64,000 nt of DNA, from contig PEAF01000001.1 in NCBI GenBank assembly GCA_002753465.1, forward strand, positions 5,455 to 69,454. The letters are read 5' to 3'. Shown here piece after piece: positions 8,758 through 18,388 of this stretch. The number at the start of each line of letters is the position of its first letter. Positions within the stretch are counted from its first letter, which is position 1. The position numbers and the translations under genes were made by a program. Under the pieces are notes generated by a model. It was not told the origin of the DNA. It searched no databases and saw only the letters and a program-made list of their open reading frames with translations. Origin of the DNA: Candidatus Omnitrophota bacterium (lineage in GTDB: Bacteria; Omnitrophota; Gorgyraeia; Zapsychrales; Fredricksoniimonadaceae).

Positions 8758-9282
8758 ATGAGCGACCATCAATGGAAAATATTAATTAGCGCCTATGCTG
8801 ACGGTGAAATTTCACCGGAAGATATCGTCCGTGCCGAGCGTGTATTAATAGAAGTGCCTGAAGCCAGACTTTATTTGAATGAGATCAAGCGCCTTTCTAT
8901 GGGACTCGGTGTGTACCGGGATGTTGAAGGCTCGCCGGACATGGATCATAAGGTCTTAAAGGTGATCTCTGGTAAGAATGTTGCTAAGGCGCCTGCGACT
9001 GGCAGGCCCGGTGCGGTTATCCTTGCCATGTGCCTTTTTGTTGTCATTGGCGGGGTGGTCCTGGATGTGTACATTAAACGCGGTGTGCAAGGCAGGTTGA
9101 AATCAGCGACCGATGATATCGGGGAGCAATATTCAACGCTTCAGTATGAACCTTATTATTCAAAGACGACGGCCGATGCTGATCGAGTGAAAATTACAAG
9201 TAGTCCCGTTGCCGCCGATAATGCAGAGAATGTTAATGCCATTAAGGTCAATGCCGTTTCTAATGTTACGAAGAATCAGTGA
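8758..9282 (+). CDS. Single-pass membrane anti-sigma factor (no zinc-binding Cys/His motif)
   Basis: Starts 2 nt after the sigma stop. The N-terminus LISAYADGEISPEDIVRAERVL is the usual anti-sigma helix. It has one TM helix (AVILAMCLFVVIGGVVLDVYI) and a short extracytoplasmic tail. Confidence 0.7.
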   Translation: MSDHQWKILISAYADGEISPEDIVRAERVLIEVPEARLYLNEIKRLSMGLGVYRDVEGSPDMDHKVLKVISGKNVAKAPATGRPGAVILAMCLFVVIGGVVLDVYIKRGVQGRLKSATDDIGEQYSTLQYEPYYSKTTADADRVKITSSPVAADNAENVNAIKVNAVSNVTKNQ

Positions 9283-9334
9283 TTTAAGGGCATGTTGAAG
9301 TTCACTGAATAATGGCGCTTTTTATAAAAGATGG

Positions 9335-9367
9335 GGGCTGGTATTTATTACCGGCCCTTATTTTTTT
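9335..9367 (+). terminator. Rho-independent terminator after the anti-sigma gene
   Basis: GGGCTGGTA-tttat-TACCGGCCC (one G-U pair) followed by TTATTTTTTT. The T-run runs into the -35 block of the next candidate promoter. Confidence 0.7.
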
Positions 9368-9396
9368 GTAACTTTTGGATCTTGGCTGCGTTTAAC
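9365..9396 (+). promoter_or_regulatory. Second candidate ECF-type promoter, upstream of the DUF4349 gene
   Basis: TTTGTAACTTTT-N13-GTTTAAC, the same blocks and spacing as 8076-8107. It lies 39 nt upstream of the ATG at 9435. Confidence 0.55.
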
Positions 9397-9434
9397 CTAG
9401 TAGAGATGGGGCACAGGTTAAACAAGGAGGCCGT

Positions 9435-10352
9435 ATGAACAAACATTTCAACTGGCTGAATGCGGGTATTGTGATCATGATCATCCTGTTGGGCATTGTT
9501 GCCTTGAATTCTTATGTGCAAAGGGGTATACAGGGAAGGTTAAGGACAGCGACGGATGATGTCGGGGATCAGTATACGTTTAATAAAACAATGCAGTATG
9601 AGCCGTATTACTCAACAACATCTTCAGTTAATGGCGCAACCAGGGTAGAGTCACAGGCACAGACAGGTAAATACGAGGCTATTCCCCGCAAACTCATCAG
9701 AAATGCAACTATCAGTTTAAAGGTTAAAGATTGTGCGCAGGCGAACGTGCGTGTTACGGCGCTTGTTAAGAAATTTAAAGGGACGCTGATAAATTCCCAA
9801 CTGAGCAGACCTTCGCGGTTTAATATGAGCGGCACCATTGTATTAAAAGTTATCCCTAATGACCTTGAGGGTTTCCTTGCTGAATTAAGAGAGCTGGGCG
9901 ATGTTCAGTCTGAGGGTGTCTCGGGTGAAGATGTGACAGAGCAGTATGTTGACCTTCAGGCGCGTCTGACCAATTATAAGGTTGTGCGCGAGCGGATGAT
10001 TAAGATACTGGATGAGCGTGCCCGTGAAGTGAAAGATATCCTTGAGGTCGAGCGTGAGTTAGCGCGTTTAGGCGGTGAAATTGAATCGATCGAAGGGCGC
10101 ATTAAATGCATGGACCGTCAAGTGGACCTTGCTACGATCACGGTTTCATTTTATGAAGATAAGGTCACCGTGACCAATGCCCTTGATCTTGGGGTGAAGT
10201 TCAAGGAGACATCAAGGATAGCTGTTGAAACATTCGTGAACACGTTCAATGGTGCCATTATTGCCCTGGCGTTCCTGTTGCCGGTCGCTATTTGGATCGG
10301 TATCGTATCGGGGATTATCTTTGGCGTACAGAAACTTTTTTGGAAGAAGTAA
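9435..10352 (+). CDS. DUF4349-type membrane protein (N-terminal TM, extracytoplasmic domain, C-terminal TM pair)
   Basis: RKLIRNATISLKVKD...GEDVTEQYVDLQARLTNYKVVRERMIKIL...VERELARLGGEIESIEGRI...ATITVSFYE matches my recollection of the DUF4349 pattern. AGGAGG lies upstream of the ATG. Confidence 0.75.
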   Translation: MNKHFNWLNAGIVIMIILLGIVALNSYVQRGIQGRLRTATDDVGDQYTFNKTMQYEPYYSTTSSVNGATRVESQAQTGKYEAIPRKLIRNATISLKVKDCAQANVRVTALVKKFKGTLINSQLSRPSRFNMSGTIVLKVIPNDLEGFLAELRELGDVQSEGVSGEDVTEQYVDLQARLTNYKVVRERMIKILDERAREVKDILEVERELARLGGEIESIEGRIKCMDRQVDLATITVSFYEDKVTVTNALDLGVKFKETSRIAVETFVNTFNGAIIALAFLLPVAIWIGIVSGIIFGVQKLFWKK

Positions 10353-10467
10353 GTGAGGTTAATATTGAGGCATTTCAAGTCCGGGAGGTGAACTGAAGTT
10401 CAAATATAGCCTCAGGTATACACCGGACTTTTAAATAAGGTGGGCATCAAAAAGCCAGATTTGATGC

Positions 10468-11910
10468 TCACTTTTTCTTTTGGGTAAATTTCTTCCAGAA
10501 ATAATCCAGGAAAGCACCGAAGCCGTAAAGCTTCCGTAATAAGTCGCCGACCGAGCGGATGGAGATGAGCATGCGTCCTATTTGAGCCGGGCGCAGGTAG
10601 AATTCTTTAAGGCCAGTGTCGATAAGCTCGTCGATCTCTTTATTAGAAAGTTGAGGATAGGACAGTAATGTTTTCTGCTCGCCTTCGGCGGTCAGCCAGT
10701 CTTTCCAGTCTTTGGCCAGGAGATACCCGTTGTCTTTAGCCCATTTGTAAAGATGGGTGCCCGGGTAAGTGGCAATGCCCGTGATCTGAATGGTATCCAG
10801 CGGCATACCTTTGGCATAATCGATGGTGGCGTGGGCGCTTTCTTTGGTCTCGCCAGGGGCGCCGATCATAAAGCATCCATGCAGGGTAAAGCCAAGTTCA
10901 TGTGCGCGTTGACTGAAGCGTTTGCCCATGGCCACATTGACGCCGCCTTTACGCACCGCGCGTAAGGCTTCATCTGTTCCAAATTCATATCCAACCATGA
11001 GCATGCGGCATCCGGCCTGTTTCATTAAGGGCAGGATCTCAAGATCGGTATTGATGCGCGTGTTGCATGACCAGGAGATCTCTTTATGGAGACCGCGTTT
11101 GATGATCTCGTTGCAGACGGCACGTACATGCTCAGGGTCTGCGGCAAATGTATCGGTTTCAAACATGATTTCACGTATTTGAGGGAACAGCTTGAGATCA
11201 TATTCCATCTCATCGACAACAAGTTTGGCCGAGCGCGTACGCAGGCGGTAACCGTACATTAATTGCGGGTCACGGCAGAATGAACAGGCATTGTTGCAGC
11301 CACGGCCGGTAAATAAAGTAAGGAATGGGAATTTCTTGCCAGCGTCAGGATACCATTCAGGCTTGATCAGGTCCCATGCCGGGAAGGGCAGTTCATTCAC
11401 ATCGACAGGTTGACGGTCAGGGTTGGCGATGATCCTGGTACCATCAAGCCATGTTAATCCGAGGATATCTTTAGAGGGTATGCCGTTGGCGATGTCACGC
11501 AGGGTGAAATCATACTCGCCGCGCAGGATATAATCAAGTGTACCTCGGGCGATCTCAAAGGTATTCCGAGGTTCGGCGCTGACGTGCTGGCCGACAAAAG
11601 CGACGTTACAGCCATTCTGTTGTTTAATGACGGCCGCCTGTTCGATATCCGCATAGATCGATGGTGTTGTGGCGTGTATCAGCAGCAGTTGCGGTTTAAA
11701 TTCAGCGACTATCTTAAAGCTTTGTTCGGGGGTAAGATTGCGTGCCGCGGCTTCAACAAAGATAACATCATGGCCCTCATCCAGTAGTACTTGAGCCGCG
11801 ATCAAGAGGTAGTCGGGATGACGTTGCACACGCCCGCGCGATTTAGCCGCCCAGCGCGCGACGCGGACAAAGTTCTCACCGAATGAAGGATTGAGGATGG
11901 CGACTTTCAT
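10468..11910 (-). CDS. B12-binding-domain radical SAM protein (class B, soluble)
   Basis: 480 aa. It has an N-terminal Rossmann-like segment (MKVAILNPSF...LLDEGHDVIFVEA...), the radical SAM motif GRGCNNACSFC (CX3CX2C), and GCRMLMVGYEFG. Confidence 0.85.
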   Translation of the reverse strand: MKVAILNPSFGENFVRVARWAAKSRGRVQRHPDYLLIAAQVLLDEGHDVIFVEAAARNLTPEQSFKIVAEFKPQLLLIHATTPSIYADIEQAAVIKQQNGCNVAFVGQHVSAEPRNTFEIARGTLDYILRGEYDFTLRDIANGIPSKDILGLTWLDGTRIIANPDRQPVDVNELPFPAWDLIKPEWYPDAGKKFPFLTLFTGRGCNNACSFCRDPQLMYGYRLRTRSAKLVVDEMEYDLKLFPQIREIMFETDTFAADPEHVRAVCNEIIKRGLHKEISWSCNTRINTDLEILPLMKQAGCRMLMVGYEFGTDEALRAVRKGGVNVAMGKRFSQRAHELGFTLHGCFMIGAPGETKESAHATIDYAKGMPLDTIQITGIATYPGTHLYKWAKDNGYLLAKDWKDWLTAEGEQKTLLSYPQLSNKEIDELIDTGLKEFYLRPAQIGRMLISIRSVGDLLRKLYGFGAFLDYFWKKFTQKKK

Positions 11911-12000
11911 AGATTAGAGGACATAGTAAACATAGTTGGGCACTTTTTCAAGAATTACCTTTAACTATTAATAGACTGAAGTCTGCCGACTGGTTTCAAG

Positions 12001-12016
12001 TAACATATATATGTTA
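12001..12016. promoter_or_regulatory. Perfect 16-bp palindrome in the divergent intergenic region
   Basis: TAACATATATATGTTA is its own reverse complement. It lies between the divergent starts at 11910 (-) and 12062 (+). Confidence 0.35.
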
Positions 12017-12061
12017 TCTTTTATTCTAGGTGGATGGGTCGGTCTTAAAAGGGGATAGGAA

Positions 12062-14116
12062 TTGTATTTTAAACGACTTATGCAGCGGTTTCTTTCAAGC
12101 GCACTGATACTGGCATTTCTGGTATCAGATGCGCGTGTCTATGCCCAGGGCGTGGTCAAGTTGCCTGTGCCTGGTACGCGCTTGGAGTTAAGTCCAATAT
12201 TTGTCCCGCCACTTCTTAAAGGTATTAAAGTTTATCGTAATGAACCCTTCCGGTTTGATTTTATTCTTGATAAGGGTGATGAAAAAGGGCCGGCCCGTAC
12301 AAGTGATGGATTACATGTAGGGGATGGCCCTAATGCCATCCCTTTAAGAGATGATGCCAATCGTCTTATTAAATATTTCCTGGCCGCATTAACGATCCCC
12401 GAAAAAGATTTATGGGTCAATCTTTCTCCCTACGAAAAAGACCGCATTGTGCCCGAGGCCTTTGGCCAGACGGAAATGGGCCGTGATTTACTTGCACAAG
12501 ATTACATCCTAAAACAGATCACCGCATCGCTTATTTATCCTGAAGGCGACGTAGGTAAGCAGTTCTGGGCCAAAGTGTATGCCGCGGCTCAGGCCAAGTT
12601 TGGCACGACCGACATCCCCGTGGATACGTTCAATAAAGTATGGATTATACCAGAGAAGGCGACGGTTTATGAGAACAAGGATGCGGCTTTTGTGGTCGAG
12701 AGCAGATTAAAGGTCATGCTGGAATCAGATTATTTGGCGGAATCAAATAATGTTGTCCGTACATACGATTTGGCAAAAGATATCCTCCGTGAAGTCGTCA
12801 TCCCCATCCTCGAGAAAGAAGTCAACGAGGGTAAGAGTTTTGCTCCTCTACGTCAAGTTTACAATTCACTCATATTAGCGACGTGGTACAAACGTAAGAT
12901 CAAAGCCAGCATCATGGGCCAGGCGTATGTTGATAAGCAAAAGACAGGTGGCATTGATATTGCTGACAAGAATGAGAAAGAAAAGATCTGGTCACTGTAT
13001 GTGGAGTCGTTCAAGAAAGGTGCTTATAACCTGATCAAGGAAGAAGTTGACCCCAAGACACATACGACGGTGCCGAGGAAGTATTTTTCGGGTGGGGCAG
13101 ACATGGCTCAGATCGGTGAAATCTATGCTGTTGCTGATACGGCGGCATTGCTTACAAATGCCGTGCTTGATCATGCCGAGGTCATTGAAGTAAAGGTCGA
13201 TCCCAGCGAGCCACGGGGTGTGTCAATTACTGACGCTCTTGAGCAGGTATCCCAGGGTAGAACTGATCGAATTAAAACATTAGAATCGATTCTTTTACAA
13301 AGACAAATTAAAGCTGGGCTTCCCGCAGAAATATTCACAGTTGATTTCGGATCTGTTATTCAACGCAATATTTTTCTAACACCAATAGTTAATGAATTTA
13401 ATAAGATTGCTAATGCTATGCGAGAAGGCAGGATTTTGAAGATCAATCTGGGGCCTATGCAAAAAGAGGATTACGAAGAAATACTTCTAAAAATAATGGT
13501 ATTTGCAAATTTTATTAATGAGCATGTTGTGCGACAGGAAAAAGGTTCAATTGCAATACGTCACACAATTAAAGAGTTACTAAAGAACGCCTTTGTTCAT
13601 GGAAATCGTCTGAACTTATCATTGCCTATGTATTTGAGGTTCGATTTGCGACAGGGGGTTTTAGAAGTATTTGATACAGCGAATAATAAGCCAATTAATA
13701 AAGCAAAACTTCAAAAAAGCAGCGAATGGCTTCATGGTGGAGGTATAGGCCTTGAAGAAATTAAGAGCCATCCAGGGGTTCATTTCATTGATCCTACTTC
13801 AATTATGGCACACGGAGCGTCAAGCGATATTGTTGTAGGAACTGTTGTTAGAGTTGAGTTCGATACGACAACTCTCATTATTAAAGAGCAAACAAAGAGC
13901 GATTTGCATGATTCTGCTGAAAAAGGTGGCATTGACCTTAACCCTTCAAAGATCAGTATAACGACAAAGAAGCAAGGTGAGGAAATGGAGTTCAACATAG
14001 ACCCTGTCATGCTTCAACGTATAAAAGATGCTTCTGGTGTGACACCTGTTATTATTGGCATCCATCCTCTTAATAATAGTCTTCAGGAATTCTTTGAGAT
14101 TCCTCCATTGACGTAA
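12062..14116 (+). CDS. Large secreted hypothetical protein with an embedded GHKL (HATPase_c)-like segment
   Basis: TTG start with GGGGA 7 nt upstream. Signal-peptide-like N-terminus (LSSALILAFLVSDARVYAQG). Residues around 13540-13870 nt carry an N-box-like IKELLKNAFVHGN and a G2-box-like HGGGIGLEEI. I recognise no characterised family. Confidence 0.6.
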   Translation: MYFKRLMQRFLSSALILAFLVSDARVYAQGVVKLPVPGTRLELSPIFVPPLLKGIKVYRNEPFRFDFILDKGDEKGPARTSDGLHVGDGPNAIPLRDDANRLIKYFLAALTIPEKDLWVNLSPYEKDRIVPEAFGQTEMGRDLLAQDYILKQITASLIYPEGDVGKQFWAKVYAAAQAKFGTTDIPVDTFNKVWIIPEKATVYENKDAAFVVESRLKVMLESDYLAESNNVVRTYDLAKDILREVVIPILEKEVNEGKSFAPLRQVYNSLILATWYKRKIKASIMGQAYVDKQKTGGIDIADKNEKEKIWSLYVESFKKGAYNLIKEEVDPKTHTTVPRKYFSGGADMAQIGEIYAVADTAALLTNAVLDHAEVIEVKVDPSEPRGVSITDALEQVSQGRTDRIKTLESILLQRQIKAGLPAEIFTVDFGSVIQRNIFLTPIVNEFNKIANAMREGRILKINLGPMQKEDYEEILLKIMVFANFINEHVVRQEKGSIAIRHTIKELLKNAFVHGNRLNLSLPMYLRFDLRQGVLEVFDTANNKPINKAKLQKSSEWLHGGGIGLEEIKSHPGVHFIDPTSIMAHGASSDIVVGTVVRVEFDTTTLIIKEQTKSDLHDSAEKGGIDLNPSKISITTKKQGEEMEFNIDPVMLQRIKDASGVTPVIIGIHPLNNSLQEFFEIPPLT

Positions 14117-14162
14117 TTCCTCTCTTTCCTTATAATCCTCAAATTCAACAACAGGGATATAT

Positions 14163-16841
14163 ATGGACTTCAATAAGACAAAGTTGACTCAAACTTTGGC
14201 CGTAGGTGCCAAGAAATACACCATTTACTCACTTCCCAAGCTCGCGAAGCAGGGTTTTGGTGACATATCTAAGCTGCCGTTCTCTATCCGTATCCTTCTG
14301 GAAAGTGCGATCCGTAATTACGATGATTACCAAGTAACGCTGGCTGACGTTAAGACATTGGCGGGCTGGAAACCTAAGAGTGAACTTAAAGAGATCGCTT
14401 TCAAACCAGGGCGTGTTATCCTCCAGGATTTTACCGGAGTGCCGTGCGTGGTGGATCTGGCGGCAATGCGTGAGCAAATGAAGCGCATGGGTGGGGATGT
14501 TAAAAAGATCAATCCCCAGGTCCAGTGCGATCTTGTGATCGATCATTCCCTGCAGGTTGACAGTTATGGTTCATCCAAGGCTTTTGATGAGAATGTGAGC
14601 CTGGAATTTGAGCGTAATAAAGAGCGTTATGAATTCTTAAAGTGGGGGCAGGGCACGTTTGAGAATTTCCGTGTTATCCCGCCGGCCACAGGCATTATTC
14701 ATCAGGTTAATCTCGAGTACCTGGCAGTAGGCGTCCTTTCCAAAGGTAATGTTCTTTATCCCGACTCGTTGGTTGGGACTGACAGCCATACAACTATGAT
14801 CAATGGCATCGGGATCGTCGGTTGGGGCGTGGGTGGTATTGAGGCTGAGTCCGTGATGCTGGGTGAGCCATTATCATTGGTCATGCCTGAGGTCATTGGT
14901 GTACGTTTGACAGGAAAGCTTAATGAAGGCGTTACGGCAACCGATCTGACGCTTACGATCACCGAGATGCTGCGCAAGCGTGGTGTCGTCGATAAGTTTG
15001 TCGAATTCTTTGGTCCTGGCATTAAGAACCTGACGTTACCTGACCGTGCGATGGTATCTAACATGTGCCCGGAATACGGTGCAACTATCGGTATTTTTCC
15101 CATTGATGAGGAAACTATCGCTTTCTACAAGATGACGGGGCGCTCTAAGGAGGCCAGGATCGTTGAGAAGTATTATAAGGCACAGGGCTTGTTCGATCCG
15201 TATAAGAAAATAACGCCGTTATTCTCGGACCTGATCGAACTTGATCTGTCATCGATCGAGCCAAGTCTAGCGGGCCCTAAACGTCCCCAGGACCGTGTGC
15301 GGGTGGTTGATCTGAAAAACAGCTTTCTGCAGACGTTGACGGCTCAGGTCGGGCATAAAGGTTTTGGATTGGCTCAAGCTGATGTTGAGAAGAAGCAGTC
15401 GGTAGCTGATTCCAATGATGTTATTTCTCACGGCAGTGTTGTATTGGCGGCTATCACCAGTTGTACCAATACATCTAATCCGTCTGTGTTGATCGGGGCG
15501 GGTCTTTTAGCCAAGAAGTCTGTGGCTAAAGGCTTGAAGATGAAGTCTTTTGTAAAGACGTCTTTTACCCCGGGATCGCAGGTCGTCGATGAATATTTGA
15601 AGAAGGCCGGTTTGATGAAAAGCCTTGAAGCGCTGGGTTTTCATAATGTCGGCTATGGGTGTGCAACGTGCATTGGGAACAGCGGTCCCTTGCCTGAAGC
15701 CGTGGCCTCGGCCATTGAAAAGGGTGGACTCATCGCCGCAAGTGTTACGTCGGGTAACCGTAACTTTGAGGGGCGTATCAATCCGCATGTGAAGGCCAAT
15801 TATCTGGCATCGCCGATGCTTGTGGTGGCGTATGCCCTGGCAGGCACGGTCAACGTTGACCTGTCTCATGATCCTCTTGGTTTTGATGCCAAGGGCCAGC
15901 CTGTTTATTTGAAAGACATATGGCCGACGCAGGGAGAGATCAGTAAGGCTGTTAAGAAGTTCGTTACGGCAAGGATATTCAGCGGTAAGTACAAGCACGC
16001 GGTAAAAGGCAGTAAACATTGGAAAGCCGTTAAAGAGCTCAAGGGTGAGCTTTATAAGTGGGATGACAAAAGCACTTATATCCAACATCCTCCTTATTTT
16101 GAAAAGATGGGAGGAGGGTTAAAGGCCATTGAAGATATCAAAAGTGCCCGTGCACTTATTATGGTCGGGGATTCGATCACGACAGATCATATTTCACCGG
16201 CCGGCAATATTTCGCTCAAGAGTCCGGCAGGCCAGTACTTAGTGAATCAGGGTGTTGAACAAAAAGATTTTAACAGTTATGGTGCACGGCGCGGTAATGA
16301 TCGTGTCATGGTTCGCGGTACCTTTGCCAATATCCGTTTACGCAATCTGCTCGCACCCGGGACCGAGGGTTCATGGACCACGCACTTCCCGTCGGGTGAG
16401 AAGATGAGCATTTATGCGGCTTCGTACAGATATTTGGAATCAGGCATCGCCCTTATCGGCTTAGCGGGTAAGGAATACGGCACTGGTTCCAGCCGTGATT
16501 GGGCGGCTAAGGGGCCGGCTCTTTTAGGCATACGCGCTGTGATCGCCGAAAGTTTTGAGCGTATCCATCGTTCCAACCTGGCGGGGATGGGCATTATGCC
16601 GTTGCAGTTTAAGCCGGGGGAGAATGCGATAAGCCTTGGCTTGAAAGGTGATGAGGTTTTTGATATCCTAGGGCTTACTGAATCGCTTAAACCGCGTCAG
16701 GATATCGTTGTCAGAGCAATGTCTTCAGACGGGAAGAATATAGAATTCAAGGCGATCGTCAGGCTGGATACGCCGGTAGAGATCGATTATTACCGTAATG
16801 GCGGGATCCTTCAGACCGTGTTGAGGAAGTTAGCAATATGA
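14163..16841 (+). CDS. acnA: Aconitate hydratase A
   Basis: 892 aa. [11 protein letters not shown]..., [32 protein letters not shown] and GNRNFEGR are the aconitase/IRP family signatures. Confidence 0.95.
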   Translation: MDFNKTKLTQTLAVGAKKYTIYSLPKLAKQGFGDISKLPFSIRILLESAIRNYDDYQVTLADVKTLAGWKPKSELKEIAFKPGRVILQDFTGVPCVVDLAAMREQMKRMGGDVKKINPQVQCDLVIDHSLQVDSYGSSKAFDENVSLEFERNKERYEFLKWGQGTFENFRVIPPATGIIHQVNLEYLAVGVLSKGNVLYPDSLVGTDSHTTMINGIGIVGWGVGGIEAESVMLGEPLSLVMPEVIGVRLTGKLNEGVTATDLTLTITEMLRKRGVVDKFVEFFGPGIKNLTLPDRAMVSNMCPEYGATIGIFPIDEETIAFYKMTGRSKEARIVEKYYKAQGLFDPYKKITPLFSDLIELDLSSIEPSLAGPKRPQDRVRVVDLKNSFLQTLTAQVGHKGFGLAQADVEKKQSVADSNDVISHGSVVLAAITSCTNTSNPSVLIGAGLLAKKSVAKGLKMKSFVKTSFTPGSQVVDEYLKKAGLMKSLEALGFHNVGYGCATCIGNSGPLPEAVASAIEKGGLIAASVTSGNRNFEGRINPHVKANYLASPMLVVAYALAGTVNVDLSHDPLGFDAKGQPVYLKDIWPTQGEISKAVKKFVTARIFSGKYKHAVKGSKHWKAVKELKGELYKWDDKSTYIQHPPYFEKMGGGLKAIEDIKSARALIMVGDSITTDHISPAGNISLKSPAGQYLVNQGVEQKDFNSYGARRGNDRVMVRGTFANIRLRNLLAPGTEGSWTTHFPSGEKMSIYAASYRYLESGIALIGLAGKEYGTGSSRDWAAKGPALLGIRAVIAESFERIHRSNLAGMGIMPLQFKPGENAISLGLKGDEVFDILGLTESLKPRQDIVVRAMSSDGKNIEFKAIVRLDTPVEIDYYRNGGILQTVLRKLAI

Positions 16842-16843
16842 TT

Positions 16844-16938
16844 CATCAACGGGTCCTGCCGCCTCCGGCATCCCATTGCTATTTGGGACCCTACCCAAAT
16901 AGCAATAGGAACCCTGCCTGCGGCGTCTCCCGTTGATG
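16844..16938. repeat. Structured palindromic intergenic repeat, copy Y (homologous to 5779-5877)
   Basis: Outer stem CATCAACGGG/CCCGTTGATG. Inner 13-bp stem ATTGCTATTTGGG/CCCAAATAGCAAT closes an ACCCTA loop. The flanks AACGGGTCCTGCCGCCTCCGGCATCCC and GGAACCCTGCCTGCGGCGTCTCCCGTT align with copy X. Confidence 0.7.
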
Positions 16939-16969
16939 CATTTAATCACAATAATCAAGAGGGAGTTTT

Positions 16970-18385
16970 ATGGGTAAGACAATGTATCAAAAGATCTGGG
17001 ATGCGCACTTGGTCCATGAGGACAAAGCGACGGCCTCTCTTATTTATGTTGATCGTCAGTTAGTACATGAAGTGACGAGCCCCCAGGCATTTGAAGGTCT
17101 TCGTATTTCAGGGCGCAAGATCCGCTGCACGCAAAAGACGTTCGCGACCATGGACCATAACGTTCCTACAAAAAGTAAGGACCTGTCCTTAGCCAGCACG
17201 ACCTCACGCACACAGATGGATCAGTTGAAAAAAAATTGTGATGAGTTCGGCGTCAGGTGTTTTGATCTTAATGACGAGGATCACGGTGTTGTGCATATTA
17301 TCGGGCCAGAGCTTGGTATCACACAGCCGGGAATGGTGATCGTTTGCGGTGATTCCCATACGGCGACCCATGGCGCTTTCGGCGCTTTGGCATTCGGTAT
17401 CGGTACATCTGAGGTCGAACATGTTATGGCGACGCAGACGCTGCAGCAGAAAACATCCAGGACCATGCTTATTAATATCAATGGTGTACTGGGTGAGGGT
17501 GTGACGCCCAAGGATGTTGTTCTTTATATTATTGGTTTGATCGGTACGGCCGGAGCAACAGGATATGTGATTGAATATGCCGGTGATGTCATTACAGCCA
17601 TGTCCATGGAAGGACGCATGACGGTCTGTAATATGTCCATTGAGGCCGGAGCACGTGGCGGTATGATTGCGCCAGATGAGAAGACATTCACTTATCTTCA
17701 AGGACGGGACTATGCGCCCAAGGGCAGTGATTGGGTTAAAGCCGTGACCTACTGGAAGACATTGACAAGTGATAAGGATGCTGTTTTTGATAAAGTTATC
17801 CATATTAAAGCTGAAGATATCCGTCCGCAGGTTACCTGGGGCACAAGTCCGGGACAGGTGACGTCAGTCGATAATGTTGTTCCGGATCCTGAATCTTTTA
17901 AAGATCCAACGGAAAAGATCGCGGCTGCGAATGCTTTGCGTTATATGGACCTTAAACCCGGCATGAAGATCACGGATATTAAGATCGATGTCGTTTTCAT
18001 CGGTTCGTGCACTAATGGCCGTATTGAAGACCTGCGCGCGGCCTCAGAGGTGATCAAAGGGCGTAAAGTGGCTGCTGGCGTTCAGGCGCTGATCGTCCCG
18101 GGTTCAGGCAGAGTAAAGCGTCAGGCTGAACGTGAAGGTTTGGATAAGATCTTTATGGCGGCCGGCTGTGAATGGCGTCACGCGGGCTGTTCGATGTGCT
18201 TGGCGATGAATGACGATCAATTGACGCCGGGCCAGCGTTGTGCCGCGACATCTAATCGTAATTTTGAAGGCCGTCAGGGCCCTGGCGGGCGTACACATCT
18301 TGTCAGTCCTGAAATGGCTGCCGCGGCGGCTGTTACGGGTCAGATCACGGACATCAGAGAATTCTTGCTCGGGAAGAAAGGTTGA
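16970..18385 (+). CDS. leuC: 3-isopropylmalate dehydratase large subunit
   Basis: 471 aa. [54 protein letters not shown] and [10 protein letters not shown]. Confidence 0.95.
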   Translation: MGKTMYQKIWDAHLVHEDKATASLIYVDRQLVHEVTSPQAFEGLRISGRKIRCTQKTFATMDHNVPTKSKDLSLASTTSRTQMDQLKKNCDEFGVRCFDLNDEDHGVVHIIGPELGITQPGMVIVCGDSHTATHGAFGALAFGIGTSEVEHVMATQTLQQKTSRTMLININGVLGEGVTPKDVVLYIIGLIGTAGATGYVIEYAGDVITAMSMEGRMTVCNMSIEAGARGGMIAPDEKTFTYLQGRDYAPKGSDWVKAVTYWKTLTSDKDAVFDKVIHIKAEDIRPQVTWGTSPGQVTSVDNVVPDPESFKDPTEKIAAANALRYMDLKPGMKITDIKIDVVFIGSCTNGRIEDLRAASEVIKGRKVAAGVQALIVPGSGRVKRQAEREGLDKIFMAAGCEWRHAGCSMCLAMNDDQLTPGQRCAATSNRNFEGRQGPGGRTHLVSPEMAAAAAVTGQITDIREFLLGKKG

Positions 18386-18388
18386 TAT

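Noticed and set aside
10376-10467. Two hairpins between the convergent DUF4349 and radical SAM genes (AAGTCCGG...CCGGACTT with a 38-nt loop, and GCATCAAA-aagccaga-TTTGATGC), considered as terminators.
   Set aside because: The stems are short, the first loop is very large, and only a weak T-run follows. They are plausible but not strong enough to annotate.
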